From: Acidimicrobiia bacterium
GTDB lineage: Bacteria > Actinomycetota > Acidimicrobiia > Spongiisociales > JAHEDJ01
Length of the DNA stretch: 38,054 nucleotides
Direction: 5' to 3'
Assembly: GCA_029210695.1 (NCBI GenBank)
Contig: JARGFH010000036.1
Coordinates: 1 to 38,054 of the forward strand
The number at the start of each line of letters is the position of its first letter. Within the stretch, counting starts at the first letter, position 1. Both the position numbers and the translations under genes were made by a program. Below are positions 8,205-18,191 of the stretch, in pieces. A model generated the notes under the pieces. That model searched no databases and was not told the origin of the DNA. It worked only from the letters and a program-made list of their open reading frames with translations.

Positions 8205-9359
8205 ATGGACGACAATCAACCCGGCAAGGGTGTCCTCACCTCCGACAAGCCTGTGCCGGTCGATGAGCTGGATCGCGCATCCGGCATTCTCGTTGTGCTC
8301 TACCGGATCATTGCGTCCCTGGCGGTACCGGTCGTGTCGTTCATCATCCTGTGGCTCACGTTCAACTGGCTCCGGGACTCCGACGCCAGCCGGGCGCTGC
8401 AGGTCGTGGTGGCAATCGTTGTCGGTGTCGGCGGCGTGTTTGCGCTCTTCTGGGGCATGGACTTCGTCGTCAATCAGTTGCCGGACCGCCTGAGAGAGCA
8501 CGTACGCCCGTTCGTATTTGTCGGGCCGGCTCTCGTGATTCTCAGCGTGTACCTCGTGTACCCCGCCATCAACACGCTGATAATCAGCTTCAAGGACAAG
8601 TCCCAGGAGGCCTGGGTGGGGTTGGAGAACTACGGCTTCGTGTTCACCGATGACGCCATGCTCCGCTCGATTCGCAACACAGTGCTCTGGATCATCATCG
8701 TCCCGCTCATCTCGGTCGGCGTCGGTCTCGCTTTTGCGACGCTGGCGGATCGGCTCCGGCGGGGAGAGGCTGTCGCCAAATCTCTGATCTTCCTGCCGAT
8801 GGCCATCTCATTCGTAGGCGCGTCGATCGTGTGGAGGTTCATCTACAGTTTCCGGCCGGAGGGCTTCGGTGAGCAGATCGGCCTTCTCAACGGCATCCTC
8901 ATCCAGCTTGGCGGTGAGCCACGGGCCTGGTTGTCGTGGGACCCCTGGAACAATCTCTTTTTGATGGTCATCATGATCTGGCTTCAGACTGGTTTTGCCA
9001 TGGTCATCCTCTCGGCGGCGATCAAGGCGGTCCCCGACGACTTCCTGGAGGCCGCCCGAATAGACGGCGCATCCGAACTGCAGATATTCTGGCGCATAAT
9101 CATCCCATCCATCATGTCCTCGATCGTGGTCGTTTCCACGACGATGGTCATCAGCGTTCTCAAGATCTTCGACATCGTCTGGGTGATGACCGGCGGTGAG
9201 ACGGGGACGGAGGTGATCGCCGAACGGATGGTGCGGTGGTTCTTCCGCAATGACCATGATGGGAGGGGTGCGGCCATCGCCGTCGTGCTCTTCATTGCGA
9301 TCATCCCGATCATGTTGCTGAATGTGCGCCGGTTCCGGCAGGAGGAGGCGATCCGATGA
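8205..9359 (+). CDS. aglF: Carbohydrate ABC permease (AglF-like)
   Basis: KSLIFLPMAISFVGA, QTGFAMVILSAA and an EAARIDGA EAA loop; GGAGGAG SD. Confidence 0.88.
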   Translation: MDDNQPGKGVLTSDKPVPVDELDRASGILVVLYRIIASLAVPVVSFIILWLTFNWLRDSDASRALQVVVAIVVGVGGVFALFWGMDFVVNQLPDRLREHVRPFVFVGPALVILSVYLVYPAINTLIISFKDKSQEAWVGLENYGFVFTDDAMLRSIRNTVLWIIIVPLISVGVGLAFATLADRLRRGEAVAKSLIFLPMAISFVGASIVWRFIYSFRPEGFGEQIGLLNGILIQLGGEPRAWLSWDPWNNLFLMVIMIWLQTGFAMVILSAAIKAVPDDFLEAARIDGASELQIFWRIIIPSIMSSIVVVSTTMVISVLKIFDIVWVMTGGETGTEVIAERMVRWFFRNDHDGRGAAIAVVLFIAIIPIMLLNVRRFRQEEAIR

Positions 9360-10297
9360 CGGCTTCGACCACGATGCTCCAGAGCGAAGTCCCGGTCAAG
9401 AAGAGCGGCTTCTTCGGCCGCCTGCTGGAACGGTGGCCTGTCAAGCTGGGTCTCCTGATCATCGTTATCTTGTGGATAATCCCGACCCTTGGTCTGTTGA
9501 TCAGCTCGTTCCGATTGCCGAACCTTGTGTCTACCACCGGATGGTGGAAGGTGTTCGGCAGTTTGGCCGACACGGCCCAGTGGACCCTCGAAAACTACCG
9601 CAACGTGCTGTCGTCGGAAGGCTTCGGCAACGCGTTTCTCAACAGCCTGGCCGTGACCATTCCGGCCACGGTCATTCCGATCGCGATAGCCGCCTTCGCT
9701 GCCTACGCCTTCGCGTGGATGGATTTCCGGGGACGGCAGTGGATGTTTGTGACCGTCGTGGGTCTCCTGGTCGTTCCGCTCCAGATGGCGTTGATCCCGA
9801 TCCTGCGCCTCTACAGCTCAGGAGCCTTCATCGGTGACTTCCAAATCTTCCCAGATCTGAACCTAAACGGCACCTACATGGCCGTCTGGCTCGCGCACAC
9901 CGGATTCGGCTTGCCCCTGGCCGTGTATCTGTTGCGCAACTACATCGGGGGATTGCCTTCGTCGACGATCGAGTCGGCTCATATCGACGGAGCCAGCCAC
10001 TTCACGATCTTCTGGAGGCTGATCGTTCCGCTGTCGGTACCTGCCCTGGCCTCGTTTGCGATCTTCCAGTTCCTCTGGGTCTGGAATGACTTCCTGGTGG
10101 CGCTCGTGTTCCTGGGTGGAACTCCCGACGTACGGGTTCTTACGCAAGCGCTGGCCGAATTGAATGGAACCAGGGGCGAAGCCTGGCACCTGCTGACGGC
10201 CGGAGCGTTCATCACCATGGTGCTGCCACTCACTGTCTTCTTCTCACTGCAGCGATACTTCGTGCGAGGTCTGACCGCAGGTTCGGTGAAGGGCTGA
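9356..10297 (+). CDS. aglG: Carbohydrate ABC permease (AglG-like)
   Basis: VVPLQMALIP, ESAHIDGAS, IFQFLWVWND, LQRYFVRGLTAGSVKG; ATGA overlap with aglF. Confidence 0.88.
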   Translation: MTASTTMLQSEVPVKKSGFFGRLLERWPVKLGLLIIVILWIIPTLGLLISSFRLPNLVSTTGWWKVFGSLADTAQWTLENYRNVLSSEGFGNAFLNSLAVTIPATVIPIAIAAFAAYAFAWMDFRGRQWMFVTVVGLLVVPLQMALIPILRLYSSGAFIGDFQIFPDLNLNGTYMAVWLAHTGFGLPLAVYLLRNYIGGLPSSTIESAHIDGASHFTIFWRLIVPLSVPALASFAIFQFLWVWNDFLVALVFLGGTPDVRVLTQALAELNGTRGEAWHLLTAGAFITMVLPLTVFFSLQRYFVRGLTAGSVKG

Positions 10298-10328
10298 GAG
10301 TTGCCGAGACGGCTACCCTCGGCGGGTC

Positions 10329-10850
10329 ATGACGACTCGCCCTGATACCGCGCTGAACCCACGTCGAAGATGGCTGGCTATTGGCGCGGCCACCGTCCCG
10401 CTGGTGTTCAGCTATGTTTCGATCGCCGCCGCCTTCACCACCGACGCCGATGGTGAGTCCCTGGTCGGACCGGGTGCGGCGGCTCTTGGTTTGGGTTTGG
10501 CCCCGTTCGTGTTCATGCTGCTCGCCTTCGTCTCGGCGCACCGGAATCCCGGTACGGCCGTGCTGAAGGCAATGGGGCTGTTCCTGCTGCTGGCCTTCCC
10601 GATCGGGGTGCTGGCACCGGCTCTTGGTGCAACCGCGGGGTACGCGGCTGGTGGAACGGTGGCACTCCGCGCAGATGAACGGTCACGGGCCAGATGGATC
10701 GCAGTGGGCTTCACCATTGTGTATGTTTTGATCCTGCTCCTGGTCGCCCCTGCCGCCGGGCTCTTCACAGGCGCGGTCTTACCCCTGCTCGCCATCGGTT
10801 TCGCAGACGAGTACGTCGACTGGAAGGCAGCGCGAGCGGAGACGGGTTGA
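10329..10850 (+). CDS. Hypothetical multi-pass membrane protein
   Basis: 173 aa with about 5-6 hydrophobic segments; GC-rich codon pattern like its neighbours. Confidence 0.75.
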   Translation: MTTRPDTALNPRRRWLAIGAATVPLVFSYVSIAAAFTTDADGESLVGPGAAALGLGLAPFVFMLLAFVSAHRNPGTAVLKAMGLFLLLAFPIGVLAPALGATAGYAAGGTVALRADERSRARWIAVGFTIVYVLILLLVAPAAGLFTGAVLPLLAIGFADEYVDWKAARAETG

Positions 10851-10877
10851 GGCCGATGGGGCGACGTTCGAGGCTCG

Positions 10878-10992
10878 CTACTCGTTGACGATTCGATCTA
10901 ATCCGACTCCCACCCGGTAGGCGAGTGCACCACCGACGCCGGCCATCAGCGGATTCTCGATGGCCGCTCGCAGCGGCCCGCCGCGAGTTGCC
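10878..10992 (-). pseudogene. Degenerate copy of the VIT1/CCC1 gene 3' end
   Basis: 97/115 nt identical (manual count) to 12345-12459. Translates ATRGGPLRAAIENPLMAGVGGALAYRVGVGLDRIVNE*. Confidence 0.88.
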
Positions 10993-11039
10993 GGCGCCCA
11001 GCAATCCAAGGCTGGTATTGATGGGAGCGATCGGTTCGC

Positions 11040-12290
11040 TCAGTCGTTGAGAAGCAAAGACCAGTCGATCGGCTGGGTGTGATCCAGGCGGCGCTCGGCT
11101 GGAGGCATCGGGTACTTCAGCCCGTTGCCGCAGTTGAACAGGACTACCTGGTCGGACCGGTCAATCTGCCCGGCTTCGAGCGCCTGCAGGTAGGCGGCGA
11201 GCGTGGCCGCTCCTTCAGGGCTCATCAACAGACCGTCTTCGCGCGCCGCCCGACCGTGGGCTTCTTCGATGGCGGAGTCTTCGACCGCGATGGCGAATCC
11301 TCCGCTGTCCCGGACGGCTTCGAGTATCAGGAAGTCGCCGATCGCCATGGGTACCCGGATTCCCGCTGCCACGGTGTGGGCGTCTTCCCACAACTCAGCG
11401 TGGTCCGCTCCGTCTCGCCACGCCTTGACGATCGGAGCGCATCCGGTCGCCTGCACCGCCACCATGCGCGGCTTCTTGGCGCCCAGCCAGCCGATCGCCT
11501 CGAGTTCTGTGAACGCTTTCCACATGCCGATCAAACCGGTTCCGCCCCCGGTCGGATAGAAGATGACGTCGGGCACCTGCCACCCGAGCTGCTCAGCGAG
11601 TTCGAGGCCCATCGTCTTCTTGCCCTCTATCCGATAGGGCTCTTTGAGGGTGGAGGCATCGAACCAGCCCATGATTTCTTTGCCCTGTCCGACGACTCGG
11701 CCGCAGTCGTTGATAAGGCCGTTGACGCGGAACGTGCGGGCGCCCTGCAGGGCGATTTCGCGCACATTCACTTCCGGCGTGTCGTCCGGGCAGAACACGA
11801 AGGTCTCGATTCCCGCTCTACTACCGTATGCGGCCAGTGCAGCTCCGGCGTTGCCATTGGTCGGCATGGCCATCCGGGTGATGCCCAGTTCTTTGGCCAT
11901 CGAAACCGCTAGCGCCAAGCCGCGAGCCTTGAAAGAGCCGGTCGGTAGACGACCCTCATCCTTGACGAGAACCTGCCCGGCACTCACCTGCTCCCCGATC
12001 CGATGGAGAGGGATGAGCGGTGTTGCTTCTTCTCCGAGAGACACGATGTTCTCGGTCCTGCGGACCGGTAGAAACTCGCGATAGCGCCACAAATCGTTAG
12101 GGCGGGCGGAGAGGGCGCCCTTGTTGAGCGCCGCTCCAAGTTGCTCGAGGTCATATCGCACCAGCAGTGGCTTCCCGTGATCGGAGAGCCCGGCGACGAC
12201 ATCGGCCGGATAGCGCTCCCCGGTGGAGCTGCATTCGAGATGGGTGACAAAGGTGGCTCGATCTTCGGTGAGATTCTCCGACGAATACAT
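11040..12290 (-). CDS. thrC: Threonine synthase-like fold-type II PLP enzyme
   Basis: SLGE..TPL, KDEGRLPTGSFKARG (PLP Lys), KEPYRIEGKKTMG.E, YPTGGGTG. Confidence 0.8.
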   Translation of the reverse strand: MYSSENLTEDRATFVTHLECSSTGERYPADVVAGLSDHGKPLLVRYDLEQLGAALNKGALSARPNDLWRYREFLPVRRTENIVSLGEEATPLIPLHRIGEQVSAGQVLVKDEGRLPTGSFKARGLALAVSMAKELGITRMAMPTNGNAGAALAAYGSRAGIETFVFCPDDTPEVNVREIALQGARTFRVNGLINDCGRVVGQGKEIMGWFDASTLKEPYRIEGKKTMGLELAEQLGWQVPDVIFYPTGGGTGLIGMWKAFTELEAIGWLGAKKPRMVAVQATGCAPIVKAWRDGADHAELWEDAHTVAAGIRVPMAIGDFLILEAVRDSGGFAIAVEDSAIEEAHGRAAREDGLLMSPEGAATLAAYLQALEAGQIDRSDQVVLFNCGNGLKYPMPPAERRLDHTQPIDWSLLLND

Positions 12291-12306
12291 CAAGCCTCCT
12301 TGCTGA

Positions 12307-12341
12307 AGTGGCTAGGTGCTAATGGCCAATGACCAACGGCC
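12307..12341. repeat. Degenerate heptamer tandem array (5 units)
   Basis: agtggct aggtgct aatggcc aatgacc aacggcc. Confidence 0.5.
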
Positions 12342-12344
12342 CCA

Positions 12345-13076
12345 CTACCCATTCACGATCTTGTCGAATCCGAATCCCACCCAGTAGGCGAGTACACCAC
12401 CGACGCCCGCCACCAGCAGATTCTCAATGGCCGCTCGCAGCGGCTTGCCGCGGGTTGCCCAGGTCTTGATGACGCCCACGATGAGCAAGCCGAGCACGGC
12501 GCCGATACCGGCAATCACCATGCCGGCGTGTGGGCTGGTGACGAGAGCGAAAGGAATGACTGCCGGAGCCGATCCCAGCAGGAACAGCCCGCCCGACATT
12601 CCGGCCGCCGCATAGGCGGAGCGCCGCTCGGAATCGAGGACGCCGAATTCGAGGGCCGTCATCACCCCGAGGAGGGCGTCGTCGTTGCCGTTGAAATGCT
12701 GAACGACTTCTTCACGAAGATCGCCTTTCAAACCGAGACCCTTCAGCAGATCCCGCAACTCGTGGAGTTCGTCCTCCCGAAAGTCGCGGATGTGTTGGCG
12801 TTCGAGGTTGATCTCACCCTGGAACACTTCATCCTGCGACTTGGTTGCCATGTACTCGCCGGCAGCCATGCTGACGGCGCCGGCAATGGCGCCCGCCACC
12901 CCTGTGAGCAGGACATTGCGGGTGGCCATTCCACCACCCACGACACCGGCGACCAGCAGGAACATCGACACGAGGCCGTCGTTGACGCCGAGAATCATGT
13001 CCCGCCAGTACTGACGATGTTTGCCGAGGTGTTCTGTGAAAGCTGGTCGGTGCCGGTAGCCGGGGTCGATATCCAT
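12345..13076 (-). CDS. VIT1/CCC1 family Fe/Mn transporter
   Basis: RDMILGVNDGLVS, GAVSMAAGEYMATKSQ, and a Glu-rich cytoplasmic metal-binding region. Confidence 0.93.
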   Translation of the reverse strand: MDIDPGYRHRPAFTEHLGKHRQYWRDMILGVNDGLVSMFLLVAGVVGGGMATRNVLLTGVAGAIAGAVSMAAGEYMATKSQDEVFQGEINLERQHIRDFREDELHELRDLLKGLGLKGDLREEVVQHFNGNDDALLGVMTALEFGVLDSERRSAYAAAGMSGGLFLLGSAPAVIPFALVTSPHAGMVIAGIGAVLGLLIVGVIKTWATRGKPLRAAIENLLVAGVGGVLAYWVGFGFDKIVNG

Positions 13077-13091
13077 GATCGAGAGTGTACG

Positions 13092-14561
13092 TCAGGACCC
13101 GGACAGTTCCCGAAGCCTGCTGAGCTCGACCTCCGGGGTTCCCTCGGTGAAGTACGAGTGGATCGGCAGGAGATTGAGCGGTGGTGCAGACCGGGCCCGT
13201 TCGAGCGCGTTTACGTAACCCTCGGCAGTGCGATCCCATGTGTAGCGGTCGAGCACTCGCTGCCGGCCGGCCTTCGCCAGGCGATCCCACTCGGGACCGA
13301 GTGCGCGTTCGAGGCCCCGGGCTATGTCAACAGGGTCGGCTGGATCGATCAGCACGCCGTATTCGGTGCTCCCATCGACGAGGCTCTCGGAAGGCCCTCC
13401 GTTGCGGGTGGCGACGATGGCGAGGCCGGCCGCGGCGGCTTCGAGCGGAGCCAGGCCGAACGGTTCGTAGAGGGCGGTGAGTGCAAAGACGGAGCGGCGC
13501 TCCGCGAAGTACCGGTACACGGCTGACAATGAAGCCTGCCCCTGGACCCCGAAGGCGGCGACTCTTCCGGCGAGACCACCCGCCTCGACGGCGGCTCGCA
13601 GGTCCTGCAACACGCCGAGTTCGATTTCTCCTGCACCGCTATCGGAGCGAAGCGGATCGTCGAGGGCGCCGGTGATGAACACCAGGTTGGCGGCCTCTCG
13701 CAGCGTCGGGCTGGCGGCGAAGGCCTCGACCAGCACAACAGGGTTCTTCTTGGGGTCGAGTCGGCTCGATGCGACGACCACTGGAAGTAATTGGCGGTCG
13801 GGAGCGAGATCCCTGCTCAGCCGGTCATCGACGAGCCGGCGAACCTCAGCTTCTACGGCATGGCGAACGTCGGTTCCGAACACATCGAGGGCGACACCGG
13901 GCGGGATGACGGAGAAGCGCGCATCCTCTGCGGTATCGACGGCGCCCGCGTAGGCGCGATGTCCATACTGTTCGAACCGTTCCTGGGCTGTGCTGGTGAT
14001 CACGACGCCCGCGTGATTCATCCCCACCCGTTCTGCTTCGAGCCGTGGGGCGAAGTGGTAGTGAGCGTCCAACTGCTCCAGGGGCATTGACCCCGTCGAC
14101 ATCTTGTCGAACTTCTGCGCCCCCAGGCTGTGCCCGGTGAACGTGTACGGCACGCCGACCTCGGCTCGCAGCAGAGCTGCGGCAAGGCCACCGTCTCCGT
14201 AATGGCCGGTGGCCGCCTCTGGCATTGCCCCCTCGGCCCGGTAGTGCGCAACGATGCCGGGAACCCAATCCCGGCCCAGGTACGGCCACAGGTCTTCTTT
14301 CCGTAAGAAGGCGGATGAATCGCCGCAATCAATGCGAAGGATCCGAACGCCGCCCGGATAGGCGTCTTGCGCGGCGGAGAACTCCGGCCAGGCCGGATCG
14401 TCGATGCGGCGAGTGATGATGTCGACCCGGTGTCCGAGTGCAGCGAGGGCCATGGCCACATTCTTGACGTAGACGAGCTGGCCTCCGAAGTCGGGGTGCT
14501 CGGTCCAATACGAGTCGGCAGGGTCGAAGTTGCCTTGTGGATTCAGGAAGGCCAGATGCAT
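13092..14561 (-). CDS. sps: Sucrose-phosphate synthase, glycosyltransferase (GT4) domain only
   Basis: The N-terminus AFLNPQGNFDPADSYWTEHPDFGGQLVYVK matches my recollection of Halothermothrix orenii SPS. Also GHYGDGG, FTGHSLG..K, SRLDPKKN and YEPFGL.PLEA. No HAD domain. Confidence 0.85.
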   Translation of the reverse strand: MHLAFLNPQGNFDPADSYWTEHPDFGGQLVYVKNVAMALAALGHRVDIITRRIDDPAWPEFSAAQDAYPGGVRILRIDCGDSSAFLRKEDLWPYLGRDWVPGIVAHYRAEGAMPEAATGHYGDGGLAAALLRAEVGVPYTFTGHSLGAQKFDKMSTGSMPLEQLDAHYHFAPRLEAERVGMNHAGVVITSTAQERFEQYGHRAYAGAVDTAEDARFSVIPPGVALDVFGTDVRHAVEAEVRRLVDDRLSRDLAPDRQLLPVVVASSRLDPKKNPVVLVEAFAASPTLREAANLVFITGALDDPLRSDSGAGEIELGVLQDLRAAVEAGGLAGRVAAFGVQGQASLSAVYRYFAERRSVFALTALYEPFGLAPLEAAAAGLAIVATRNGGPSESLVDGSTEYGVLIDPADPVDIARGLERALGPEWDRLAKAGRQRVLDRYTWDRTAEGYVNALERARSAPPLNLLPIHSYFTEGTPEVELSRLRELSGS

Positions 14562-14611
14562 CAGGGAATGGTAGGCGAAGAGAACCAGTCACCCGGCCGC
14601 CCTACACTCGG

Positions 14612-16389
14612 ATGGCGATGGCATTCATGCGCGACGACATCGAGAGAGTTCGGTCGGCGACCAACATCGTCGATCTGGTGGATTCCGTGACCACCGTCCG
14701 CAAGCGCGGGCGGGCGGTCAAAGCGATCTGTCCGTTCCATCAGGAGAAGACGGCTTCGATGTCCATCGATGTCGCCAGGGGCCTATATCACTGCTTCGGG
14801 TGTGGAGCGGGAGGCGACGTCTTCAAGTTCGTCCAGGAGACCCAGGCGCTGGACTTTTCAGAGGCCGTCGAGCACCTGGCCGCCCGTTCGGGAATCACCC
14901 TCCGCATCGACAAGGAGGCCGCCAGGCAGCGCGGCGAACGACAGGCATTGATCGAAGCCATCGAGAAGGCGGTCGAGTTTTTCCACGATCGGCTGAAAAA
15001 CGCTCCCGACGCGGCCTCCGCCAGGAAGTACCTGCGCGGGCGCGGCTACGACGGGGAGGTGGTCGACCGCTTCCAGATCGGTTACTCGCCTGCGGAAACC
15101 TGGGATGCGCTGGTCAGGTATCTCAGCGGCAAAGGCGTCAACGAAAAGACGATGCTGGACGCCGGTCTGGCGGCGCGCAACCAGCGAGGCGGGTTGCGGG
15201 ACTGGTTCCGCGGGCGGGTCATGTTTCCCATCAACGACATCAGCGGCTCACCGGTCGGCTTTGGTGCCCGCCTCCTCGATGGGGAAGGGCCCAAGTATCT
15301 CAACTCGCCGGAGACCCGCATCTACCGGAAGGCACAGCTGTTGTACGGCCTCGATCTGGCCAAAGCGGCAATCACCCGGTCGGGTTACTCACTGGTTGTC
15401 GAGGGGTACACCGATGTGATCGGTCTCCATCTGGCGGACCTGCCGGTGGCGGTGGCGACTTGCGGCACGGCGCTGGGCGAGGAGCACTTCGATCTGTTGC
15501 GGCGTTTCTCGGAACGAATCGTGCTGGCCTTCGACGCAGATGAAGCCGGGGTTGGAGCGGCCCTGCGCGGCGACGAACTGTCCACTCCTGCGGATCTCGA
15601 TCTCGACGTCAGGGTTGCTGTGATGCCCAGCGGAGCCGATCCTGCCGACATGGTGCAGTCGGGCCGGCTCGATGAACTCCGCCAGGCCGTCGAGGCATCG
15701 CGTCCTTTGCTGGAGTTCCGCATCGATCGAGAGTTGGAACACCACAACATCGGCGAAGCCGAGGGGAGGGCGCGTGCGGTCCGTTCAGCGGCCATGCTGA
15801 TCGCCCGTCAGTCAGATGAGATCGTCCGCTCCGAGTATGCCCGACGCGTCGCCAGGGCCACGGGCGTTGATCTTGGTGCCGTCCTCAAGGCGGTGCAGGA
15901 AGCGCTGCGCAGCGGAGGCCATCCGGGTCGACGCTCTGAGTCCCCCGGGCCACCGTCCGCTCCGCCGCGCTCTACGCTGTCCGGGTCGGAGCAGGCCGAA
16001 CGGGAGTTGCTGCGGCTGATGCTGGCGAACGACAGTCGTCTTCCGCTCGACGCTCTGGATCTGGACCTCTTCTCGCTCGCCGAGCACCGTGCGTACTTCG
16101 AGGCGGTGTATCCGTTGCTGTCGTCGACGCCGCCCGGAACCGTCATCGACCTCGGGGCCCTTCCGGAAGGGTGGGGTGACGCGCTACGGGTGATCGTCCT
16201 TGATGAGCGCCCGCTCGATCATGACCCGAAGGCCCTCGTGCAGCGGCTGGAACGGTGGCGAACCGAGCGCAGCATCGTCGAAGTCAGGAAGCAGATCGAC
16301 GCGGAGACGGCCGGATCAGATACCCATTCAAATCTCCTCCGCCAGTTGATAGCTTTGGAGCGACGCAAGAGAGAGTTGGATAGCGAATA

Positions 16390-16390
<1 letters not shown>
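14612..16390 (+). CDS. dnaG: DNA primase
   Basis: CPFHQEKT...CFGCG zinc domain, KYLNSPET, and VEGYTDV / [14 protein letters not shown] motifs. Start could be 14612 or 14618. Confidence 0.97.
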
Positions 16391-17524
<1,134 letters not shown>

Positions 17525-17532
<8 letters not shown>

Positions 17533-17580
17533 CGCGTTCCTGGTTCCTAGTCGCGAGTAGCGAGTAGCTAGTTCCTAGCC
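17525..17580. repeat. Degenerate heptamer tandem array (8 units) spanning two convergent stop codons
   Basis: acgagta gcgcgtt cctggtt cctagtc gcgagta gcgagta gctagtt cctagcc. Confidence 0.65.
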
Positions 17581-17823
17581 TTCTGTTTTCTCGCGGATCT
17601 TGTCGGCCGCGGTGGACATTCCCTCGCTCACGACCTGCTTGGCCCGCGCCGCGCCCAGGTCGGCCACCGCCGAGCCTTTCTCGATCAACTGCCGGGCCGT
17701 GTCGGTCTCTGCCACCCGACCGGCGAACTTCCTGATTTGCTCGTAGCGTTCACGGCCGGCTTTGGCGCCGAGCACGTAGCCGATCGCTAGGCCGATGATG
17801 AAACTAAGCCTCTTCAACTTCAC
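17575..17823 (-). CDS. Small membrane protein, YtxH-like actinobacterial family
   Basis: FIIGLAIGYVLGAKAGRERYEQI motif; GGAGG SD before GTG 17823. Confidence 0.88.
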   Translation of the reverse strand: MKLKRLSFIIGLAIGYVLGAKAGRERYEQIRKFAGRVAETDTARQLIEKGSAVADLGAARAKQVVSEGMSTAADKIREKTEG

Positions 17824-17885
17824 GCCAGAACCTCCGGAAGGGAATCGAACCATTGTGGCATACGGTGGTATTCTTCCGGCCGCCT

Positions 17886-17958
17886 TCCGGGGTAGCTCAA
17901 TTGGCAGAGCGCCGGACTGTTAATCCGTAGGTTGTGGGTTCAAGTCCCACCCCCGGAG
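17886..17958 (+). tRNA. tRNA-Asn (GTT)
   Basis: Acceptor TCCGGGG/CCCCGGA+G, D arm TAGCTCAATTGGCAGAGC, anticodon loop CT-GTT-AA, T loop GGTTCAAGTCC. CCA not encoded. Confidence 0.97.
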
Positions 17959-18191
17959 CGAAGGCTCCAACCCTCTGAACAGGCCTTTTGCGCTTCAGAG
18001 GCCAGCGCTGGCCGATGTTCGTAACGAGCGATCTGTCCGTCGGACGGGAACGCAGGACAGTGCCGGAGGTCTCACCGCATGGTGTGACATTGACGCTCAA
18101 CGACCATCCGGCGCCGGGGTTGGCACCCGCATCAGGACAGGCCACCTGTTTGACGGAACGTCGGTGGCGATTTCCGACTCGTTTCAACGTG

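Noticed and set aside
17959..18191. Integrase remnant or att site after tRNA-Asn, including ORFs 17897-18187 and 17988-18203
   Set aside because: No recombinase motifs and no second copy of the tRNA 3' end found by eye; one ORF is simply the antisense of the tRNA.
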